Positions 21,978 through 33,344 of a DNA stretch of 33,344 nucleotides are shown in pieces. Position 1 is the stretch's first letter. Each line of letters opens with the position of its first letter. The notes beneath the pieces are model-generated. The model made no database searches. It saw only the letters and a program-made list of their open reading frames with translations, and had not been told where the DNA came from. The position numbers and the translations under genes were made by a program. The stretch comes from Nemertoderma westbladi (taxonomy: Eukaryota > Animalia > Xenacoelomorpha), in the NCBI GenBank assembly GCA_032718475.1, contig JAUCBJ010008639.1, positions 1 to 33,344 on the forward strand. The letters are read 5' to 3'.

Positions 21978-23211
21978 TGTAAAAGCTTTTGCGGACATAA
22001 CAAGTCATTTTTCCCGCAATGCGCAGTGTAGGTGCTTTTGTGGACATAAGAAGTCATTTTTGCCGCAATGCGCAGAATACTCTAAAATAGCCCTGAATTT
22101 ATTCCCCTACGTGACGGGAAGAGATTAGAGCCCAGATGACGAAATCTGTCAGCTGATTTCCTGTAGACGTGGAACCTCTTTGTTCTGCTCAGCCAATCAG
22201 AGCGATTTTCACTTTATTTCTGACAGGGGCCTATGGAAACTCGCACCATGCATTACTGTCTTTGTTTACCTTTCTGAGCCTTAGAACTGGCTTGGAATCT
22301 TCTGTACTACTGTGCAGAAGTTTCAGACTTTGGCCTAAACATCAGATGGCTTTGATTATAAGAACGTAAATCTATTATCTGACGAACCAACACCTGGATC
22401 ACCGGCTCACACCTTCCATTATCCTTCCTGACCCACCTACCAACCTTCTGACTGACAATCCACTCACCACCCGTCTCACCGGGCCTTCATAAGTAACACA
22501 TACTGACTGTTCACCGCATTATTTTACTTCTGTCTACGGTCTGTTATTAATTGTTGTTATATTGATGTATATTGCTGATATATTTGGAGAATACCGATAA
22601 ATAATCATAAAACCCCCAATCTTCTTGATTACTGAAGGTAAGAGGAACAGGTTACCGGTAGCAACTGCGACTTAAATTATAGTTTTTTTTGTGTTAATTA
22701 AATGCTATTTCATAATCCCTACAAGTGTCAGTTGCGATCTTCCTTATATATGATCAAATTCAGTGACGGTCGGCAGATTAGTGCGCAGTAGTGTGAAGTA
22801 GTGTGAGGTCGTGTGAAGTAGTGTGAAAGATAATAAAGCATCTCCTAAAGAATGCGCTATTTACGAAACTCTGTGGCCATCTAGTTGTGATTAGTATAAG
22901 TCATAACTCTGTTTTTATACTTAAAGCGCCACGTCCTAAAGGAACTGTTAATATTTCCCCGAAAGTAAATATATTGTCAGAGATTATATAGTAACGATCA
23001 ATCGAATAATACAGTAGGTCTACATTGCAATAACTTTCAAGGCTTCCGAATCCAGTCTCCCTTAACTGTGGGTGAATGATCGCGCACAGACTGGCTTCGG
23101 CTGATGTAACTTCAGTACACTAAATAATTGATATAGGCTAAAGTCGATTTATAAACAAGAGGACAACTAAAATTGGCAGGTTAAACTGCTAAAGGTCTAA
23201 AAGCGCGAACA
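21978..23211 (+). repeat. 3' LTR (1,234 bp)
   Basis: Direct repeat of 5247-6484, followed by TSD GGGAA. Confidence 0.97.
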
Positions 23212-23339
23212 GGGAATATTCTTCCACAGTTAGGCCAGGCACAAATTCTGGCAACTTATTTCCAGCCCCCCCCCCCCCCCCCCCCCCAGAACAATAATTC
23301 CCTGAGGAAACTCCAGTAGTCATTTAGCTACCATTTAAG

Positions 23340-23445
23340 GATGCAAGACAGAGCAGAGCGCCCTGGCTAGACCCTTCAAAGCATTCGTGCCGAAACAAAA
23401 ACTGCCTCAGCCCCCATGTGGGGTTGAACCAACGCCCTCCGAGAG
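23340..23445 (-). mobile_element. Possible tRNA-derived SINE fragment
   Basis: The minus strand has GGTTCAACCCC (B-box-like) followed by ACATGGGGG. No A box or full cloverleaf is visible. Confidence 0.3.
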
Positions 23446-23926
23446 ATGTGAATTCAATCTTTGATTAAGAAAATTTTTCTTTTAAATATTGTATATTTCC
23501 ATACTTAGAGAAGCATAAGCATATTATTTATTAATTATTGAATACTTTTAAATTTAATGTTGTAATTTAGTGTCATATTCAAAAATATGACACGACCCCC
23601 CCCCCCCCCCCCCCCCCTAACTTTTATACAAATTTTAATGAATAGAATGATATGAAGCAGAGTTACAGTAGTTTCACCGCCCTTATCCTTAGTGACTGAG
23701 CCAGAATTTGTATTTTTATATTTTATTCTTTAGCTAACAAGCGTTTGAATAAAGTGTCACCGCCGGCGATATTGCAGCACCAGTCCCATCTCAGTTTTTC
23801 AACCTTAAATTGATTTGTTAGTTCTGACCATGCAAGGATTCCAAATAGGCTTATGTAAAAAAATTTAATTTAGTAAATAGCTGAGATATGGGCGTTTGGA
23901 AGTTTAATGTTTTTTTCATGGCGTTA

Positions 23927-24035
23927 GGCCGCGTTCACACTACCTATATAATGTATACTTATTGATTATAGCTAGCTAGCTATATTTATTTATTTATTTT
24001 GACTTTGACTTTGACTCGGTAGTGTGAACGCGGCC
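23927..24035. mobile_element. 109-bp PIF/Harbinger-type MITE
   Basis: Perfect 18-bp TIRs GGCCGCGTTCACACTACC / GGTAGTGTGAACGCGGCC, flanked by TTA and TGA. Confidence 0.85.
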
Positions 24036-24974
24036 TGAGGCTATTATTTTTCTATTTAATAAATAAACCATATTCTAGAACATGATGTAAGAACGTAACT
24101 GAGGGTTCAGATTCATTTAGCAGAAACACTTATTACTGTGAACAATTCGTATCTGGGAATTTAAATTCGTAACTGGGAACTGAAATTTGTAATCCAAATT
24201 TCAGATTTTTAAACCTGATGAGCATTCGCAGCGTATGGTAATTTCTTTATATGCTGCTTGCATGCTGCATGCTGCTTGCATGCTGCGTGGTCCATTCCTA
24301 TGTAAAAGATTATCAATTCTTTATAATATAGCTGCTAATTGTCTTCGAAAACGAAGATAATTTATCAGGCAAATAATGCATATTTCCATGATCATAGAAG
24401 CATAATTATTAATTAAATGCATTTAAATTTACTTAATTTTACTAGATTACTACTAATTTTACTTACTTCGTAAACTACTAATCGAAGGCTAATAGTCTAC
24501 TAAACGACGGATATTTCTCTTCGAAATCCACCCTTCGAAACCTTTAAGAACATTGGAACCAAAAAGCCGGCTTTTATCCGGCGAAATTAGCAGAGTATTA
24601 GCCGGCGAAATTAGTAGAAATTTATCAGCGACTTATCATGCTATGACTTTGCTGGGAATCTTTAGTGTAATTAAATTCATGCGATTCGCATGGTAATTAA
24701 CGCATGAGAATCTCATGGTGTAAAACTTATGTAAAACTAAAAACTTAAAACATGCGTAAAATAAGCGTTGAATGAGGTGTGATTCCCATGCTATTTTCAC
24801 GCACGGAATCACATGTGTAAAATAAGTTGTGAATTGCATGCGTGGAATCGCTTCCCTATTTTACATGTGAATCACATGCGAATCACAAGAGGTTTATCGC
24901 TATTTATTGAGCCGCAATAAAAACGCATGACGCTTTAAAATCACTTGCGATACGCATGTACATTTTTCACTGGG

Positions 24975-25096
24975 TAGTTTAATTAACCCCTGTACTACTT
25001 CAGGACTGCTTGGCGTAGGACAGACTGGTGATTTAGTACTCCGGTCACTCCAGCAGATACCGTGGTTCTTTTGGCTGTTCAAGTATATTTAACTGC
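24975..25096 (+). repeat. Second copy of the 7145-7267 segment
   Basis: Direct repeat of 7145-7267. Confidence 0.9.
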
Positions 25097-25433
25097 AAGT
25101 TATATGTTGTATAATCATATATTAAATCGGCTAGCCTACTGCTATACTGTTACTGATTGCTTTACATGACTGCATGATTTTATATGATTTTAAAAAATGG
25201 CAACGCCAGATTCAGATGAATTTTCCTCAACAATTAGCACGATTATATCGATAATTAAGACAGCTAAAGAGAAACGTAGCACTTCAAATGATGACAAACG
25301 CGCGATGCTGAGCAGCCTCACTCGTTTGAATGTTTTATATATGACGTCTGTAAGCCGAGTGGCCGATGCCCATAATGAAACAATACTCGTGAAGAACGAA
25401 ACACTTACAGCAAAAGATAAACTAATCGCACTA

Positions 25434-28400
25434 CTACTACTACTAGGTCGAGCGAACTCGGACAGTGGAAATGAGATCCTTCCAGGCTTCGCGATTCTCC
25501 ATAGTTGTCGTAATTTCGTTTCTCCCAAGTTCAGTATCCCTTTCAAGTTGATCTATATATGTTATGGCAGGTCGTCCACGACTACGCTTTCCATGAGTTG
25601 GTTGCCAGAGAAGTAGATCTGGTATGACCTCGTCTTTACTTCACCAGCAGTGCCCACTGAATCTTAATCTGCGTTCACGGAGGGTGGTTGATACAGGTGG
25701 TATTGTACCATAAAGCTCGGCGTTTGTCATGTGTTGTCTCCAGCTGATGTTTAGGGCTGCCCTTAGTAGTCTTGTGTAGCAACCATCAATTCGTTGTTCA
25801 AGTGATTTAGTCAGTGTCCAGGTCTCACCCCCGTATAAAAATACACTTTCCACTGTGGCTCGATAGAACTTAGTCTTCAGGTGCTTGGAGAGATCTGATT
25901 TCCAGATGGTATCCATTTTTGATAGAGCTACCCAAGCCTTTGCTTTCCTAACTTCTATGTCCTTTTTGATACTCTCTATCCATGATCCAAGGTACTGGAA
26001 GTCATCGACCTTCCTTAGTTGATTATTATCAATGGTTGTCAAGTTTCCATCAACATTAAAGGTCATGAATTCGGTCTTGGTAGCATTTATATGCAATCCA
26101 ACCTCCTTAGCAGCCCTCTCCACTTTATTTAGTAGAAGCTGTGCATCTGCTAGCGTATTAGAGAGCAGGGCGATGTCATCCGCAAAGTCGATGTCTGTGA
26201 CTGTAGTTGCCGGATATCTACTACTTCTGCATTCTTGAAGTGTGAATCCCAGATCTTCACCCTTTGTGGCCGTCCTCATTGCGTAATCCAGCACAATTAC
26301 AAATAGTAATGGTGCTAATGTGTCACCTTGCAGTACGCCAGCCAGGATTGAGAAATACTCAGTTTCACCATCTGGTGAGAGTACCTGCGCTTCTGTGTGA
26401 CAATATAACAATCCAATGCCAGCAACAATTACTTCTGGTATTCCATAAGCTCTTAGGATTTCAAGCATTTTACCTCTATGGATGGAGTCGAATGCCTTCT
26501 TGAAGTCCACAAAAGTCATAACTGCGGGGAGATTCTTTGACTTAATTCCTTCAATCAGTCTCTGTAGTGCAAGTATCTGAGCTATTGTTGATCTACTTGG
26601 TCGAAATCCATTTTGGCTCTTACGCAGTAGTTTCTCTATGTGAGGCCTAATCCTATATATAATCATTTTATTGTATATTTTGGCAGCTACCACAAGCAGA
26701 CAGATCCCACGATAGTTTGTTGGTATGCCGAGGTCTCCTTTCTTATGGAGAGGCTTTAGTTGACCTTTAGTCCAAATTGGTGGTGGCTTTTCCCCTTTTA
26801 ACATCCGGTTGCAAACATTCAATAATGGTCTATTTAGCACTCCAGTTTTCCATACCTCCGCTGGGATTTCATCTAATCCACTCGCTTTATTATTGGACAT
26901 GCTTTTAATGCTTCTTTGGAGTTTCTGTTTCATTAGGTAGTGTCTTGTCATATATTTTCCTTGTAGGGCTGACCTCGATGTTTGGTGGCTGCCCAAGCAA
27001 GTTGCTGAAGTGATTTTTCCACTTCCCAACACGTTCTTCAGGACTATCGGCTTTGAGGCGCCCCTTTGCACAACTTTTCCGACCAGATACCTCATTTACA
27101 GTTTGCCAGGTAAGTCTTGATTGTTGCTGTATGTGAGCAGTTGTAATTGCTTCAGTTTTATCCTGTATGTACTTTTCCTGGCTGTTGTTGTAGGCCAATT
27201 TAAGATCGTCCTTAGCTTTCTCAACCTTGTTAATGTTGTTGGTTGTTCGGTTTTAACTTTGTAGGCTATCTTAAGATCTTCTCTCTTACAAGTAACCTCA
27301 GAGTTTTGCCATGGCACATACTGTTTTCGTTTAGGTTTCTGGGGGATATGCCTCTTAGCTGATTCCTTGTGGGCTGTTATTGTATTCTGGTATATTGAAT
27401 CAGTGGATTGGTCTTCATCCATTGACTGAAGTGCTTCAAAGCGGTTTTGAACTTCTACTGTATAAGCATCCTTTACAGCATTGTCAGTTCTGAGTTTCTC
27501 CCAGTCATAGTTGATTTGCTTGCTTGTCCTGGGTTTGCTGGCTCTCAAACTGAGTCTGATCTCTGCAGTCACAATTCTGCGGTCCGAACAAATTAGGTTG
27601 AACGAGCTGTATGCCTCGCAGTTGATGATGCTATTTCTCCACTTTTTGTTTATAAGGATGTAATCCAGTTGTGCTTTGGTTCCATTAGGGTATTGAAAGG
27701 ACCATAGCTTCCCCTTACTCTTTTCGAATGTGTTGTTTGTTGGTATCAATTCACATTCTTCCATTAGGTCTAAAAGTAAGTACCCATTTCTGTTAGAACT
27801 GGTGTTATAGGTGTAACCCTTGATGTCTTCTGGGCCAATTTGCGCATTCAGGTCACCAGCAATGACTTTAACATTGTGTTTCGGGATGTCCTTAATAAGT
27901 CCAGTCAGTTCTTCATAAAACTTGACTGCTTGTTCTGGCTCTGATGCATTGGTTGGACTGTAGCAACATATAACTGTTGTCTTGGGATTCCCATCAAATG
28001 TTGCGATCATAACCCTGGAATTTATAGATTCGATGTTGTTTAGGGTCTTAAGTGCAAATGGGCTTAGCAGAATTCCTACTCCAACAATTGATGCATTGGC
28101 CGAGTTTCTTACTGCTGAGCTTGTTACCAACGTCCATCCATTTCCAATGTCATTGTACTTTATGGCAGTGTCTTCATGACAAATCCGATGTTCTTGGATG
28201 CAGATGATGTCGATGTTATATTCCATTGCCAAAGCGACCATGTCACCCTGTTTGCTCTGTGCTTTCAGCGTGCGTGCGTTCATTGTAGCAATTTTTAGTG
28301 TCTTTTTACATTTCAACAAGTTGGTTCCTCTTTCCTCTCTGTCCTCTGTTCCAGTAGCCAATTTATCGACCCCAGCCTGGTGTACCACTGAGGGACGCGG

Positions 28401-28827
28401 TCCTTGTTGACCCGGGCGATGACCGAGCCGGTATTTCTCCTGGAGGGTTCTCATACTCATATCTTTCAGTTGCGGGAGTAAACTGTTTGTGGTCGCAACG
28501 CGCTACAAGCGTCATTGCAGTAGGTCGCCGTTGGTTGACTACCTTCTGCCGACCTTGTCAGCATGTCTAGCCGTTGGTTGATTACCTTCCGTCTATCCAT
28601 GGCCTACAGCCCTGCTGCCAACTGTAGGGGTCCATTTGTTACACCCTGAACCAAGTGTGCCTCCTGGGTTAGGTTACCTAACACTAGTAGAGGAGCATCC
28701 AGTATAGACAGGGCGGGGCTTGTATCATCTCTAGTGCAGATGCGTATCAAGCCTTTGCCTTCAATGGTGCCCTAGGCGCTATAGCCCTCAATGACTTATT
28801 TAGTTGACGGGGCTGAACCAATCCACT
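25434..28827 (-). mobile_element. Full-length RTE-clade LINE (~3.4 kb)
   Basis: TSD CTAATCGCACTA at 25422-25433 and 28828-28839; (TAG)n tail; ~370-bp 5' UTR; single APE-RT ORF. Confidence 0.95.
25443..28460 (-). pseudogene. RTE APE-RT ORF, with frameshifts around 26900-27250 and a premature stop at 25641
   Basis: APE: IATMNARTL, ICIQEHR, GDLNAQIG, QLDYIL, SDRR (for SDH). RT: YRGICLL, QNGFR, FVDFKKAFDSI, GVLQGDTLAP, FADDIAL, YLGS. The reading continues past 25641 to ...VRVRST*. Confidence 0.93.
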
Positions 28828-30828
28828 CTAATCGCACTAGCAGAAGGTTTACCAGCCACTACTCCTATACCCTCTACCGTTTCATCAGTAACAACTGCTG
28901 GAATAACTGCCTCAGCTGGGACTATTGAACAAAACTTCCAGTCGTATAGCGAAGTTGTTAGGCCACAATAGGACACAGATCACTACACGCGGCAGAACCT
29001 ACAAGATATAGGGTGATAACAACTAATCCGGACACTCATCCCAACTCGATCCCAACACTTCCAAAAAATAGCTATCCTTCCAGTCTACAACCCAACCACC
29101 GAGCTCATATAACCCATGGCAACCGGGTTGGCTGTGTTATCCGCGCTGCCCCAAAAAACAGGCTGGGGGCAAATGATCTGCTACAACTAATAATGCGCAT
29201 ATCCATTTGGGAAACGTTGCACTAGAGGAAACTGAAACATCAATTTCTGACTATCTAACGGGCCTGGGAATCCATCTCCATGGTGTACATGGTCTCCCGA
29301 TTCACCCCGACTGCCCGACTCTTCCCAAAGGGCATTCCATCTAATCTGTAATCAATCACAACGAGACAAGGTCATGAATCCCGACATCGGGATGAAGAGA
29401 TCAGGATAAAGAATTATAAGCTGGCAAATTCAGAATGCGAACGGTTTGGGTTAAAACCAAAATGACGAACTGAACCTCTTCTACAGTCCTCTCAGCACGA
29501 ACCAGAAGACCAATGGGGCAGGGTATCATGTGATAACGCAGACCAGACTGATTGACAAACAGTTTCATTACTACTGTGGAATGTGGAAGGGTTCCGATTT
29601 ATTAATGAAACAACAAATTCGGAAGATCTGTATGGAGACAATGATATTTTACTACTCAACAAAACTTTTATCACAAATGATACCATAGAACTGGAAGGTT
29701 ATTATTCATTCATACAACCAGCTATAAAACCAACTAATGGGCGTCCCTGTGGTGGCCTATTGGTTCTTGCTAAGCCACATCTTGATCCGTCTGAAATACA
29801 TAAATCTGGAAATTACTTAGTATGTCGCACTAACATGGCATACTTTATTGTATTACTTTACCCCTGAAACTTCTGTTGCTGAAGTTCTGTTCACTATTTC
29901 CGAGTCACTTACCCACACTGACTCACTGTCTACTATAATTCTTGCCGGCGATTTCAACTGCAGACTGGATAGAGGAACCCGTGGATCCGATTTATGTGAG
30001 AGTCTGGAACAACTTGTTTTCGTATGTCTGGAGTTTGACACTCCTGGTCAACCGATTTACTCTCCCCCCAAGGAGAAAGTGTGATTGATTTACTGTTCAT
30101 GAACGACCCAAACAGTAAATCAACGATTCTCCCCACCGTTGCGATCAAAGAAACTCCAATAAGAAAACATCAACATTTAATTATACGCTTTTATCTCAAC
30201 CTCTTTTCTACAAGTACCTCAATAGATTCGCGACCAGCCGCTTTATGCAGAAGCTTAAATATGAAACTCTTTGCTCTGCACCCCAATACAACCTTAATAA
30301 CTGTTGCTGAACACTATCTCTGTAACTAGCCAGGGTTCTCCAGATTATATCTGGGAACTTCTCGAGGAAGCCATATCAGACTCCATCAATGTGAAACAGC
30401 CGTATAAAGGGAGAAATAAACCATGGTTCGACACCGACTGTGTTCGAGCCAAAAAGGAACTGATCTCTTTAATGCAAAATCGCCATATCTCGTTAGATTC
30501 CGCCAGCCAATATTGGAACTCAAGGAAAAGCTACAAAAACCTGATTAAAAAGAAATTTATGTAGAGTTTGCTCAACAGTACAGATATAAAATAGTTATCT
30601 AAATTATCTATATTACTATTGACAAGTATTGAAATATATACCGTTATTCGTGTTATCAGTATTTGCAACATCTGACATTGAAGAGGTGAGAGAAGATGAA
30701 TACCGGCACTCAACAAAACCAACGCTTATCACAAATTGAAACACCAATTGCCGATGGGCTTGATCTCTCAAACCAAAACTTCCTCTGCGGGGTTTGCGCG
30801 GCAGTAAAGATTGAAAGTCTGGAAGCTG

Positions 30829-31073
30829 GCATCCCTAGGTATTATTATTATAAAGAGCGTCAGCCTGCGTTTAATAAATATATTTTAATACAAAACAGGT
30901 CGAACGCAAAGAGGCTTATAATGAAGACGAGTACTGCATTGATTATATTCCTATAAACCACCTGGCTTTGCATATTGAACGTGCGTTTGGAAATAAGTTC
31001 GTGCTACCCTTCCGTGGGTGGTAGATGTTGCGGTTATGTATTGGTGGGTAGGGGGAGGGGGGGGGGGGGGGGG
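30829..31073 (-). repeat. Dispersed repeat (copy B), inverted relative to 1800-2044
   Basis: Reverse-complement match to 1800-2044, including the poly-G/C end. Confidence 0.85.
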
Positions 31074-31839
31074 TGCAGATTAAACTGTTGCTGTAACTAA
31101 GTATCAGTGATAATCTGGACAATTGTATCAGATTTGTGTATTGTCATACCTCTGACTTACTAAATAATTAATATATGGCGATATTTCAGACCATTAATAT
31201 AAGCAAAGCTCTTATTATTAATTACATCACGATTGAGAGTTGTCACAAATTGAATACTGTAGTGAAATCAATATAAGTAGAGCCAAAGACTTGTCACTAT
31301 ACGTTTCCTATAAAGGGAAACACAATCACCAGACTTGAGTTCTTACAGAATTAATTAGTCAGTCATTTACTTGTTATACTTTGTTGTCACACCCTCCCGG
31401 TATCGTATCTCAGTTAAATACAATAGATAATCAAATACCGTATTGAACTAAGTGAAATAAAGAGCAAATCAATGCATCGAAGGGAAAACAGTGAGCGGCC
31501 CTTGTTGACAGGTACACTAGCGCAATCCCATTTATTGTATCAGACTGGACATCTTGCCTTCATTTTTGCATGGTTTATTAAGTAACAGAAAAGAGTCAAA
31601 ATAGATAAAAATTGAGAGTGAAAGAACATAATTTACTAAAAGCGCTAACAATAATAATATAAACATATTCATAATATAATAATATAATATATATTCATAA
31701 TATAATAATATAAACATATTCATAATATAATAATATAAATATACAATCATCGGAATGCTATAAGATTGAGTCAGAATGGTTAATAGAAAGAAAGTTGCGG
31801 CACTATTACTTACAGTTGCCGCATATCGAAGGAAGAAAA

Positions 31840-32420
31840 ACTCAGTGGTGGGTCAGGCCTTCAAACTGTCGACGAGAAATCAGTGAGTTTGAAGGGACCT
31901 ACAAACATCTCCGAGAGAATGACCCCGAGGTGTTTTTAAGTACCTGCGCATGACTCCTCAGTGGTTTGATCACCTTCGCGCGTTAGTAGAGACAGGTACA
32001 GAAAAGATTCCAATACATCGCCAATCCCTTGCCATCAGGTTTCAACGCGGCAAGTCTACAATAAACCGAATATTGGGCGAGACATGTGGAATTATATGGA
32101 ATAAATTATCTCCAATATATCTAAAATTTCCATCCACTGCCAATGAATGGAGGATTATTGCAGATGACTTTTATCGACTGTGGAATTTCCCAAATTGCAT
32201 CGGGGCTATTGACGGGAAACATTTTGAAATCCAATGTCCAAATTAGTCGGGATCCTTGTCCTACAATTATAAGGACTATTTCAGCACTATAATGCTGGCA
32301 GTTTGCGATGCGAAATACCGCTTTACGTACATAGAAGTTGGGAGCTACGGTCGTGAGGGTGATGCTGGGGTCTTCTCTCGTTCCAAACTAATGAAGGGAT
32401 TACGAGAGAACCGGTTGTAT
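31840..32420 (+). pseudogene. PIF/Harbinger (HARBI1-like DDE) transposase fragment
   Basis: WWVRP...YLRMT...FDHL...WNFPNCIGAIDGKH...P*SGS.SYNYK.YFSTIMLAVCDAKYRFTYIEVGSYGREGDAGVF; stop at 32244; 3' half missing. Confidence 0.92.
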
Positions 32421-32509
32421 TACTACAATTGAATTCCCCGCCAAATTATTTAAACAACAATAATGATAATAATAGTCACAGGAGAGTGGGTTTACTTCCC
32501 CATAGAATA

Positions 32510-32858
32510 AGCTGTGCGGTAAATCTGTAATTTGAACATGTTTCTAAATCCAGCGGTAAACCGCGCGGTAACCGCAGCGGAACCGCAGCGGTTCCGTTGC
32601 GGTAAATTCTCGTCTATCTCTGTTCACAGTTAATTCAACAGTCTAGACAATCATTTTATTAACATTATTTCAATGGGCTGCGGTAATCCGCGCGGTGTAC
32701 CGCACAACTACCTGTGGGGTTGTTCATGTCAGCGGTCATCAAAATCATTTACCGCACAGTCACCGCTCAAATACCGCAGGGTCGTTCACACTCAGCGGTG
32801 TACCGCTGGGCCTGCGGTACACTGCGCGGTGTACCGTTCTGTTGGATGTGAACGGGGC
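32510..32858 (+). mobile_element. Harbinger-type right terminus with subterminal palindromic repeats
   Basis: Many ACCGCnGCGGT motifs, ending TGTGAACGGGGC followed by TTA. This resembles the TIR of the MITE at 23927-24035. Confidence 0.6.
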
Positions 32859-33344
32859 TTAAGGGAATACACCTTGGCGGATACAGGAGTTTAGAAGATC
32901 TGCCAGACAACCTGCAATTGCAGGGCAGCCAAACGCACTAGTTTGATCGGGAAACTATCATTGGATCAAGTAGATAAAATAAAAACTTCAGATCTTGAGG
33001 TTTCAGCCAACACAAATAAATGTGCTCGAGAAGGAGGAAGGTAGCTATGGGGATTACGACTCGCTCGTGGAATTTTAATGGCCAGAGATGTCCCAATGGA
33101 TGAGAAATAAGTGTTTAAAACAGTTTTGCTATTTCGTTGCGATCTGTTATAACAGTTTTGGTTGTAGGTTCAATGAGTTTAGTTGGACACACCCTGTTCC
33201 CTTTTTTATTCAGTAAGCTATTAATCACTTTCCACATTTTAGCAGGCTGCGATTTGTTAGTGATAATTTCAGATTTGTAATAATCTTGTTAAGCTTTTCG
33301 AATAGTGTCTGTTAGAAGATTCCGATAAATAGTAAATTTTCTTC

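Larger units (their letters stand above)
5247..23211 (+). mobile_element. Complete giant BEL/Pao LTR retrotransposon (17,965 bp), coding regions decayed
   Basis: Paired TG...CA LTRs; 5-bp TSD GGGAA at 5242-5246 and 23212-23216; domain order Gag, triple Zn knuckle, PR, RT, RNase H, IN with Pao-type motifs. Confidence 0.97.
25197..30564 (+). mobile_element. Old CR1/L2-group LINE remnant (ORF1 plus APE, no RT seen), split by an RTE insertion
   Basis: ORF1 MATPDSDEF...KDKLIAL resumes in frame after 28839 as AEGLP...QSYSEVVRPQ. APE motifs LLLWNVEG, DILLLNKTF, GRPCGGL, ILAGDFNCRL and IDLLF, plus KPWFDTDC, lie at ~29570-30450. Confidence 0.75.

Noticed and set aside
23400-23445. Functional tRNA gene
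   Set aside because: Only a B-box-like stretch is present; there is no D arm or complete cloverleaf.
23266-23617. Poly-C tracts as functional G-quadruplex signals
   Set aside because: They are plain homopolymers of unreliable length with no supporting context.
31640-31750. 72-aa hydrophobic ORF (31532-31750) and AT-rich duplication
   Set aside because: It is a low-complexity AT repeat and the ORF is a by-product.

Overview
AT-rich eukaryotic (probably invertebrate animal) genomic DNA made almost entirely of transposable elements; I found no host gene. The centrepiece is a complete, unusually large (17,965 bp) BEL/Pao LTR retrotransposon at 5247-23211. It has ~1.24 kb TG...CA LTRs that are ~98.5% identical by eye, a GGGAA target-site duplication and a decayed gag-pol. 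Three features of it are atypical. (1) A third, decayed ORF (~19381-21900) between pol and the 3' LTR encodes a WRN/EXD/Mut-7-like DEDDy 3'-5' exonuclease domain, three CCHC zinc knuckles and a basic tail. (2) It has no tRNA primer-binding site; instead the 12 nt directly after the 5' LTR are the exact reverse complement of a sequence inside the LTR, which suggests self-primed reverse transcription. (3) A 1,276-bp insertion with no conventional TSD splits pol, and its precise removal restores the frame. The rest of the window holds three RTE-clade LINE copies (one full length, nested in ORF1 of an older CR1/L2-group LINE), a Harbinger transposase remnant, a Harbinger-type MITE, a 53-bp minisatellite and small dispersed repeats. 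All calls come from reading motifs by eye; no searches were run.
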